Source: an uncultured Anaerolineaceae bacterium (GTDB taxonomy: Bacteria > Chloroflexota > Anaerolineae > Anaerolineales > Villigracilaceae). Taken from it: a DNA stretch of 64,000 nt. The DNA lies in NCBI GenBank assembly GCA_964549865.1, contig CAZJYB010000002.1:512-64511 (forward strand), read 5' to 3'. The translations under genes and the position numbers were made by a program. Below are positions 57,374 through 64,000 of this stretch, piece after piece. Position 1 is the first letter of the stretch. Each line of letters begins with the position of its first letter. The notes under the pieces are model-generated. The model searched no databases. It worked only from the letters and a program-made list of their open reading frames with translations, and was not told the origin of the DNA.

Positions 57374-57380
57374 GAGAAAA

Positions 57381-58226
57381 ATGACTGAAATTGTAAAACA
57401 CGAACCCACCACGGTTTACATCAAGCCATCCAAAGGTCTTGCAGCATTAAACCTGCATGACCTGTGGGTTTACCGTGAATTGATCTTCTTCATGGTCTGG
57501 CGTGATATAAAAGTCAAATATAAACAAACTCTTTTGGGCATGGCCTGGGCGGTTATTCAACCGTTGATGACCATGTTGGTGTTCACCTTCCTGTTTGATC
57601 GGGTTGCAAAACTACCGACGGAAGGGATCCCTTATCCTGTTTTTTCTTTTACTGCATTGTTGCCGTGGGGCCTGTTTGTCGTGGCGCTTAATCAGGGGAG
57701 TCGCTCGCTTGTGGCGCATAACAATATGGTGACCAAGATCTACTTCCCGCGCTTGATCCTGCCCATGTCATCGGTCTTTGCCGGGCTGGTTGATTTTGCG
57801 ATCGCCTTCGTCATTCTGGTTATTCTGATGTTTTACTATCAAGTCACCCCTGCATGGAATTTACTGTGGACTCTTCCGCTGTTTCTATTATTGGCAATTA
57901 TCACCGCGCTTGGCGTGGCGCTCTGGCTTTCAGCGATCAATGTACAATATCGCGACGTAAACCAGGCCCTCCCGTTTCTGACCCAGTTCTGGCTGTTTGC
58001 CACACCTGTTGCATATTCCGCCACTGTCATCTCTGAAAAATGGCAGGTTTTATATTTTCTGAATCCGATGGCCGGAGTGGTCAATGGATTTCGCTGGTCT
58101 TTGCTCGGCATTGGCAATGGACCGGATATTACACTCTGGGTTTCAACCGGTATTTCGATATTGATTTTCATCTCTGGCCTTTTCTACTTTCGCAGCATGG
58201 AAAAGACCTTTGCGGATACTATATAA
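57381..58226 (+). CDS. wzm: ABC-2 type polysaccharide exporter permease, set 2
   Basis: It has YKQTLLGMAWAVIQP and six TM helices, and is paralogous to 12452-13324. Confidence 0.88.
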   Translation: MTEIVKHEPTTVYIKPSKGLAALNLHDLWVYRELIFFMVWRDIKVKYKQTLLGMAWAVIQPLMTMLVFTFLFDRVAKLPTEGIPYPVFSFTALLPWGLFVVALNQGSRSLVAHNNMVTKIYFPRLILPMSSVFAGLVDFAIAFVILVILMFYYQVTPAWNLLWTLPLFLLLAIITALGVALWLSAINVQYRDVNQALPFLTQFWLFATPVAYSATVISEKWQVLYFLNPMAGVVNGFRWSLLGIGNGPDITLWVSTGISILIFISGLFYFRSMEKTFADTI

Positions 58227-58227
58227 A

Positions 58228-58263
58228 GTGTCAGGTTTCAGGTGCCATGTATCAGGTCATCTG
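58228..58263 (+). repeat. Left arm of the inverted repeat bracketing four-helix-bundle gene 2 (reiterated CAGGT units)
   Basis: GTGTCAGG and TTTCAGGTG pair with CCTGACAC (58662-58669) and CACCTGAAA (58646-58654). Confidence 0.6.
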
Positions 58264-58277
58264 AAAAGTAGATTATC

Positions 58278-58640
58278 ATGGCGATGATTCAACGATTTGA
58301 AGATATTCAAGCCTGGCAGGAAGCAAGGATATTAGTGAAAATGATTTATCAATTAACAAATAAAGATAAATTTTCGAAGGACTTTGGAATGAGAGATCAG
58401 ATTAGGCGTGCCTCCGTTTCTGTGATGAACAATGTTGCAGAAGGTTTTGATTGTGAATCTAAGGCTGAGTTTGCTCGTTTTCTTGGAATTGCAAGGCGTT
58501 CGGCTGTAGAAGTCCAATCCCTTCTATATGCGGCAATGGATGTAGGTTATGTTGATCAAACTGAATTTGACTTGCATTATGAACAAGCACGTAAGGCAAA
58601 AGCCCTTATCGGCGGCTTCAAACGTTCCCTCACCAAGTAA
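58278..58640 (+). CDS. Four-helix-bundle protein (23S rRNA intervening-sequence protein / Avd-like family), second copy
   Basis: Motifs seen are [30 protein letters not shown] and FLGIARRSAVEVQSLLY. Confidence 0.8.
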   Translation: MAMIQRFEDIQAWQEARILVKMIYQLTNKDKFSKDFGMRDQIRRASVSVMNNVAEGFDCESKAEFARFLGIARRSAVEVQSLLYAAMDVGYVDQTEFDLHYEQARKAKALIGGFKRSLTK

Positions 58641-58669
58641 CCTGACACCTGAAACGTGATACCTGACAC
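58641..58669 (+). repeat. Right arm of the inverted repeat bracketing four-helix-bundle gene 2
   Basis: CCTGACACCTGAAACGTGATACCTGACAC ends 6 nt before the wzt2 ATG. Confidence 0.6.
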
Positions 58670-58675
58670 ATACTT

Positions 58676-59965
58676 ATGACAACAGCGATTTCAGTAAAAA
58701 ACATTGGCAAACAATACAAGATTGGCGCGGCTGAGTCGAAATTCCGCTACAACATGCTCCGCGATGTGATCGTGGATACCGTTTCTGCACCAATTCGTCT
58801 GGCGAAAGCGATGGTGGGAAGGTCTGACCGCAGACAGAACCAGAACTACGTCTGGGCATTGAAGGATGTTTCCTTTGATCTGGAAGAAGGGAAGGTCCTT
58901 GGCATTGTTGGGCGTAATGGCGCGGGGAAAAGTACCCTGCTCAAGATCCTTTCTCGTGTTACCGAGCCAACGGTCGGCATGGTTTCTGTACGTGGGCGTG
59001 TCGGCTCGCTCCTCGAAGTAGGTACCGGCTTTCACCCCGAACTCACTGGCCGTGAAAATATTTATATGAACGGCGCGATCCTGGGCATGAAGCGTGCTGA
59101 GATCGATTCCAAATTTGATGAGATCGTTGACTTTTCTGAGGTTACTCAATTCATTGATACACCGGTCAAGCGCTATTCATCAGGCATGTATCTGCGCCTG
59201 GCTTTCGCGGTTGCCGCGCATCTCGAACCTGAGATCCTTGTAGTTGACGAAGTGCTTGCGGTGGGCGACGCGGAATTCCAGCGCAAGTGTCTTGGCAAAA
59301 TGGGGGACGTGGCGCAGCAGGGCCGCACGGTCTTGTTCGTCAGCCATAACATGTCCGCGATCCTGAGATTAACGCAAGAAGCCATCGTCTTGAACAAGGG
59401 TCAATTGCTGATGCGCGGCCCCACCCAGGAGGCTGTCGATTTTTATCTCTCATCGGGGCAGGCACAAGCCGGGGAGCGCGCCTGGGATGTTGATGAAATC
59501 CCGGCATCCAGTGCTCCATTCAGGCCGATCAGTTTGAGGGTCAAGGACAGAAGCGGAAAGGTCGTGGATACTGTCCGCTCCACGGAGCCACTCAACGTCG
59601 AATTTGAATATCAACTGGATGCACCCATTACCGGGCTGCGCATCGGTTTTTATCTCAGCACCATGCGCGGCGAATATGTGCTGACCTCATTTGATACCGA
59701 TGAGCCGCAGATGTTCGATCAATTTGATTCACGCAAATCCGGTCGTTATGTCAGTCGTTGCGTGATCCCGGCGGATATCTTCAACGAGGGACGGTATGGC
59801 CTGGGTGTGAACGCCAGTTCGTTTGGCGTGCGTCGTTATTTCATGGATGAGAATGCTTTGGCATTCAATGTGGATATTTCGGGCGCGCCAGGTACGCAAT
59901 GGCCCGAGCCGCGTGTGGGCCCGGTACGCCCGCGCCTTGAATGGAAGATCGAGAAACTGGATTAA
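58676..59965 (+). CDS. wzt: ABC polysaccharide exporter ATPase with a divergent C-terminal binding-type domain, set 2
   Basis: It has GRNGAGKST, YSSGM and ILVVDE. The N-terminal ~250 aa are close to 13329-14636, while the C-terminal domain is much more divergent. Confidence 0.88.
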   Translation: MTTAISVKNIGKQYKIGAAESKFRYNMLRDVIVDTVSAPIRLAKAMVGRSDRRQNQNYVWALKDVSFDLEEGKVLGIVGRNGAGKSTLLKILSRVTEPTVGMVSVRGRVGSLLEVGTGFHPELTGRENIYMNGAILGMKRAEIDSKFDEIVDFSEVTQFIDTPVKRYSSGMYLRLAFAVAAHLEPEILVVDEVLAVGDAEFQRKCLGKMGDVAQQGRTVLFVSHNMSAILRLTQEAIVLNKGQLLMRGPTQEAVDFYLSSGQAQAGERAWDVDEIPASSAPFRPISLRVKDRSGKVVDTVRSTEPLNVEFEYQLDAPITGLRIGFYLSTMRGEYVLTSFDTDEPQMFDQFDSRKSGRYVSRCVIPADIFNEGRYGLGVNASSFGVRRYFMDENALAFNVDISGAPGTQWPEPRVGPVRPRLEWKIEKLD

Positions 59966-59971
59966 AAAATT

Positions 59972-60035
59972 AACCGCGAAGAGCGCAAAGAATTCTAAAA
60001 GCTTTTCTTGGCGACCTTGGCGTGCTTTGCGGTTC
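59972..60035 (+). repeat. REP/MITE-like element, copy 2
   Basis: AACCGCGAAGAGCGCAAAGAATTC..CTTTTCTTGGCGACCTTGGCGTGCTTTGCGGTTC has complementary termini (AACCGCGAAG / CTTTGCGGTT) and matches 361-433 on the opposite strand. Confidence 0.6.
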
Positions 60036-60043
60036 AAAAAAAC

Positions 60044-61678
60044 ATGGCTACAAAATCAACTCTCAAAAATTTCCTGGGCGATCTGCCCTTTACTGCTGAA
60101 ATCGATTGGATGCTTCGGCAGAAGAACCACGCCCGCAAGGATCATTTCAATCTCGATCGTTTGGGTGGATCCCTGCCCGAGGCGCGCGCAGCGGTTGAAC
60201 CTTTTGCGCGCAATGCAAAACCAGGAAAAAATGTTTTGTTCTTTGCCACGCTGCATTACTGGATCGAGCAATCTGCTTATTTGGGTCTGGCCCTCGCCGG
60301 CCTTGGGCATAAAGTCACTTTGCTGACCTTGCCCTATGCCGAATGGCACAAGCAGAAGGATAATTTCACACAACGGCAACGCGTGCTTCACACACGGGAT
60401 GTACTTTCATCTTTATCGCCCTTGATCGAACACGCTTCCATGCTGGACCCTTCGACACGGCTTCGCCAGTCAGGACGGCGCCTCAAGCCTGCTTCCGTTC
60501 TCCCGGAGAAGATCCTGGCTGACATACAGGAGATCTCACTGTGGGACGCGCAATATACCCTGATGCGCGAAGAAGTGGATATGAACGATCCCGAAGAGCG
60601 CGCCTTATATGACCTGCGCGTTCAGCGAAACACATTTGCCGCTGGTGCCGCGCTTGAATGGATGCGATCGAAGAAGCCCGATGTCCTGCTGGTTCCCAAC
60701 GGGTTGATCCTCGAAATGGGCATTGTTTTTCGCGTGGCCCGTTATTTGGACATCCCCGCGGTGACGTATGAATTCAACGACCAGCGCGAGCAGATCTGGC
60801 TGGCGCAGAATTCGTCGATCATGCAGCAGGATACGGATTATATTGTTGAGGCGCGCTGTCATTTGCCGATGACCGATGAAATGTTCGAACGCGTGGCCGA
60901 TCTTGAAAATGCGCGTCGCGGTGCGCGTGTCTGGGGAAAGTCCAAGCGCTTATGGCAATATGTCTCTGCGCAGGGAGCCGATGAAACCCATAAGATGCTT
61001 GGTCTGGATGATCGCCCTGTTGTGATGCTTGCCGCGAACGTGCTGGGCGATAGTCTCACGCTGGGACGGGATATCTTCGCGGGGTCGATGACTGAATGGA
61101 TCACAAAAACTGTTCAGTTTTTTGCGAACAGGCCGGATGTCCAGATGGTGATCCGTGTACATCCCGGCGAGACGCTTGTACCGCAGGCGAAATCCATGGG
61201 GCAGGTGGTGCGTGAGGCGCTGCCGGTCCTGCCCGATCATATACACGTCATTGGCGCGGCGGACAAGGTCAATACATATGACCTGATCGAGATCGCCGAC
61301 CTGGGGCTGGCCTACACAACAACGGTCGGGCTTGAGACTGCAATGAACAGCCGTCCCGTGATCTCGTGTGGTGAGACACATTATCGCGGCCGCGGCTTCA
61401 CACTTGACCCGAATTCGTGGGACGAGTATTACGCCATACTCGAAAAGGTATTGAGCGATCTGCCCGCGCATCGTTTGAATGAAAAGCAGACCGAATTTGC
61501 ATGGAACTACGCCTATCGTTTCTTCTTTGAATATCCGTGTCCTTTCCCATGGAGGTTAATGAATTTCTGGGACGATCTGGAAACATGGCCATTGGAAAAG
61601 GTATTGAGCGAAGAAGGGCAGGCGCAATTTAAAGATACGTTTGATTTTCTGGTTGGAAAACCTTTTACGTGGAAATGA
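60044..61678 (+). CDS. Capsule_synth (KpsC/KpsS)-like GT-B protein with an HP motif; candidate ulosonic-acid transferase
   Basis: It has VVMLAANVLGDSLTL followed by MVIRVHPGE (HP motif) and AYTTTVGLETAMNSRPVI. This assignment is from motif memory only. Confidence 0.4.
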   Translation: MATKSTLKNFLGDLPFTAEIDWMLRQKNHARKDHFNLDRLGGSLPEARAAVEPFARNAKPGKNVLFFATLHYWIEQSAYLGLALAGLGHKVTLLTLPYAEWHKQKDNFTQRQRVLHTRDVLSSLSPLIEHASMLDPSTRLRQSGRRLKPASVLPEKILADIQEISLWDAQYTLMREEVDMNDPEERALYDLRVQRNTFAAGAALEWMRSKKPDVLLVPNGLILEMGIVFRVARYLDIPAVTYEFNDQREQIWLAQNSSIMQQDTDYIVEARCHLPMTDEMFERVADLENARRGARVWGKSKRLWQYVSAQGADETHKMLGLDDRPVVMLAANVLGDSLTLGRDIFAGSMTEWITKTVQFFANRPDVQMVIRVHPGETLVPQAKSMGQVVREALPVLPDHIHVIGAADKVNTYDLIEIADLGLAYTTTVGLETAMNSRPVISCGETHYRGRGFTLDPNSWDEYYAILEKVLSDLPAHRLNEKQTEFAWNYAYRFFFEYPCPFPWRLMNFWDDLETWPLEKVLSEEGQAQFKDTFDFLVGKPFTWK

Positions 61679-61680
61679 TC

Positions 61681-61731
61681 GGATCGCGGACTTCAGTCCG
61701 CTATAAAATTGCAGGCTGAAGTCCGCGATCC
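61681..61731. repeat. Second copy of the 21-bp-arm palindromic element (right arm carries a 3-nt deletion)
   Basis: GGATCGCGGACTTCAGTCCGC-N12-GGCTGAAGTCCGCGATCC has a left arm identical to 57320-57340. Confidence 0.8.
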
Positions 61732-61761
61732 GTCAGAAAATATGCATTCCGTTAGGAACAA

Positions 61762-62580
61762 ATGACAGATACAAAACAAAAAGTACGTGAGTTTTACGAT
61801 GAGATCGGCTGGCAGCAGGAAGATGATGGTCATTATCAGAATGCCCGTTATGAAGACCTGCGGCCCGTTTCGCGCGAATACATCCACAAAACGCGTTTGC
61901 GTGTGATGCATGGATTGATCCCGACCGGCAGATTTATATTGGATGCCGGTTCCGGGCCTGTGCAATACGAAGAATACAAAACCTATTCGCTGGGGTATCA
62001 GAAGCGCGTATGCCTTGATATTTCGATCCAGGCGCTACGAGAGGCACGCGAACGTATTGGCGATCATGGGTTGTTCGTAGTAGGTGACCTTGCCAACCTG
62101 CCATTCAAGGCAGAAGCTTTTGATGGCGCGGTTTCAATGCATGCAATCCATCACCTTGCGTTAGCCGAACATCCGCGAGCATATGGAGAGATCCATCGTG
62201 TGCTTGCAAACGGACGAACCGCGGCCATTGTCAATGGCTGGCATGAACCTCTTTTGAGCCGCATGGCAGAACCGTTGATCGGCCTGATGCGCAGGTTATC
62301 CGGCCGCTCCGAGAAAAAGAAAAAAGAATGGCTCAACGTCGAAGATCCGGCCGGGACATTTGTGCAAAAAATGACCCCCGAGTGGCTTAAGCGTGAGGTC
62401 GGTTCGAAGATGAGCATCGAGATCAAGCCGTGGCGCAGCATGAGCACGCGCATTTTGCGCTGGTTCGTGCGTCCGTTTGGTGGCAGGCTATTCTTGAAAT
62501 TTGTTTTCTGGCTTGAGGGGTTATTTCCAAAGTTCTTTGCAGAGAACGGCCAGTATCCGCTGATTGTGGTGAAGAAATAA
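61762..62580 (+). CDS. Class I SAM-dependent methyltransferase
   Basis: Motifs seen are ILDAGSGPVQ and FDGAVSMHAIHHL. Confidence 0.75.
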   Translation: MTDTKQKVREFYDEIGWQQEDDGHYQNARYEDLRPVSREYIHKTRLRVMHGLIPTGRFILDAGSGPVQYEEYKTYSLGYQKRVCLDISIQALREARERIGDHGLFVVGDLANLPFKAEAFDGAVSMHAIHHLALAEHPRAYGEIHRVLANGRTAAIVNGWHEPLLSRMAEPLIGLMRRLSGRSEKKKKEWLNVEDPAGTFVQKMTPEWLKREVGSKMSIEIKPWRSMSTRILRWFVRPFGGRLFLKFVFWLEGLFPKFFAENGQYPLIVVKK

Positions 62581-62582
62581 AA

Positions 62583-64000
62583 ATGCTTCTGAAGAAAAGA
62601 CCTTTTCCCGAAGTTATCTTTTTGCTGCTCATCTCTGCCATTGTTTATCTCCCGAACATTGGCGACCTGACCTATTTTAAAGACGATTGGTATTACATCT
62701 ATGATGGATTGATCGCGGGTGCGAAAGTCTTTCACCCCATGTTCGCGATTGACCGCCCGGCGCGCGGCTTTTTCTTCGAAATTTATTATTCACTTTTTGG
62801 CCCTCAGCCCCTCGCGTATCATATTGGCGCCTACGTCTGGCGTGCGCTTGCCGCACTTGGCGCTCTTTGGTTGTTCAATATTCTCTGGCCCAAAGAGAGA
62901 AAGTTTGCATTTTTCGCCGCCTTGCTTTTTGCACTTTACCCGGGATATTACTGGTGGATCAGCGCGATTGAATACCAACCAATGATCGCAAGCCTTGCCC
63001 TTCAGGTGATTTCAATTATCCTGACCTTGAAGGCATTTCAAGCATCAGGATATGCGTCCCGCATCGCTTATGCTGCAGGCGCGATTCTTAGCGGTTGGGC
63101 CTGCATTGCGCTGGTAGATTACGCCATCGGCATGGAGGCGTTCCGTTTTATCTGTGTCTATGTGCTTGTCAATCGCCATACACAAGCCGTTTTCTGGCAG
63201 AGAGTTGTTGAGACCTTTAAAGTATGGGCGTGGAATGTATTGATCCCATTGGGATTTGTTGTTTGGCGCATCTTCTTTTTCGAAAACGAACGAAAGGCAA
63301 CCGATATTGGACTGCAGCTTGGTGGATTGTTCAATTCCCCGATCTCCACTTTGACGAACTGGTTTTTGCAGTTTTTCAATAGCATGTTGAATTTGGCCAT
63401 CCTGGCCTGGGTGAATCAATTTCCGCGTTACTTTTTTGGGATGAGATTGCGTGATATCGCATACGGGTTAATGATTGCCTGTTTTGCCCTGCTTCTGGTG
63501 TGGTTGGCCGAAAAATTGTTGGAATACAGGAATGGCAGATCTACAAATTCAACAGACACAATTTACAAGGAAGCATTATTGATCGGTGTGCCGGGTATGA
63601 TGCTGGGTATTTTGCCGATCATCCTGGCGAATCGTTATATCAACCTTGAAGGTTTTTCACATTACGCCTTGCCGGCATCGCTGGCGGCAGCGCTCTCCTT
63701 GACGGGTTTTATTTTTACGATATCCTCCCGTCGCCTGCAGACTATATTTCTGTATGGGATGATTCTATCTGCGTCCCTGGCTCATAGCTCCATCTCTGTC
63801 AATGCGATCAGCGAGGAAAATGCGATCGAAAAATTCTGGTGGCAGGTGAGCTGGCGTGTGCCTGCGCTTCGCCCCGGAACCACTCTGGTCATCAATTATC
63901 CTTCCGCGAACATTGGCGATGATGGGAACGGTGTACTGGAAGCGGCCAATATGATCTACTTCCCTCAGCCATCTGATCAGGTGCCTGTTCGTTACAATAT
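62583..64000 (+). CDS. GT-C-like polytopic membrane glycosyltransferase, 3' end beyond the window
   Basis: This is my own translation from ATG 62583 (MLLKKRPFPEVIFLLLISAIVYLPNIGDLTYFKDDWYYIYDG...), which has no stop codon to the window end. It has the acidic first-loop motif KDDWYY and many hydrophobic helices. It is absent from the ORF track, presumably because it is open-ended. Confidence 0.55.
   Translation, partial: MLLKKRPFPEVIFLLLISAIVYLPNIGDLTYFKDDWYYIYDGLIAGAKVFHPMFAIDRPARGFFFEIYYSLFGPQPLAYHIGAYVWRALAALGALWLFNILWPKERKFAFFAALLFALYPGYYWWISAIEYQPMIASLALQVISIILTLKAFQASGYASRIAYAAGAILSGWACIALVDYAIGMEAFRFICVYVLVNRHTQAVFWQRVVETFKVWAWNVLIPLGFVVWRIFFFENERKATDIGLQLGGLFNSPISTLTNWFLQFFNSMLNLAILAWVNQFPRYFFGMRLRDIAYGLMIACFALLLVWLAEKLLEYRNGRSTNSTDTIYKEALLIGVPGMMLGILPIILANRYINLEGFSHYALPASLAAALSLTGFIFTISSRRLQTIFLYGMILSASLAHSSISVNAISEENAIEKFWWQVSWRVPALRPGTTLVINYPSANIGDDGNGVLEAANMIYFPQPSDQVPVRYN

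Noticed and set aside
55900-58640. The two Avd-like four-helix-bundle genes as parts of a diversity-generating retroelement.
   Set aside because: The family is homologous to DGR Avd. However, the window has no reverse transcriptase and no template/variable repeat pair with adenine-specific differences. Both genes instead have the inverted-repeat bracket typical of IVS-type cassettes.

Overview
The whole 64 kb window is one very large cell-envelope glycan biosynthesis and export locus. It holds about 55 genes, and all but two are on the + strand. I saw no rRNA, tRNA, CRISPR array, transposase or integrase.

Recognisable content:
- **Cytoplasmic glycosyltransferases:** about 14, of the GT4 and GT2 types.
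- **SAM methyltransferases:** nine genes or domains.
- **Nucleotide-sugar genes:** gmd, an rmd-like gene and fcl (GDP-D-rhamnose and GDP-L-fucose branches), a wbpB/D/E-like 2,3-diacetamido-sugar triad, further SDR enzymes and a sugar-1-P nucleotidyltransferase.
- **Exporters:** two complete Wzm/Wzt ABC exporters, plus the tail of a Wzx flippase at the left edge.
- **Lipid-linked sugar donors:** polyprenyl-phosphate sugar synthase-like GT2s.
- **Polytopic membrane proteins:** an unusual number, comprising six GT-C/GT39-like proteins with an acidic first-loop motif and a tandem pair of about 700 aa that I cannot place in a family.

The most unusual coding content is a tightly coupled operon at 15642-22315. 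It encodes a NANS-type (animal/Bacteroides-like) ulosonic-acid synthase, an aldehyde dehydrogenase, a CMP-sugar synthetase, a full-length transketolase and an unassigned GT-B protein. This does not match any nonulosonic or octulosonic acid pathway I know.

The non-coding sequence is also rich:
- Two paralogous winged-helix regulators each carry a palindromic promoter/operator module, and each module is duplicated almost exactly in front of a second operon (9251-9296 with 12394-12439; 54347-54373 with 4015-4041).
- Two four-helix-bundle (23S-IVS/Avd-like) genes sit inside inverted-repeat brackets, and one of them splits a wzm/wzt pair.
- A 54-nt perfect palindromic element and a roughly 65-nt REP-like element each occur at least twice.
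- A PIN toxin cassette is flanked by a duplicated gene end.

The host may be Chloroflexota-like, but that is a low-confidence inference from repeat flavour and gene content. All functional calls rest on motif recognition by eye and need HMM or BLAST confirmation.
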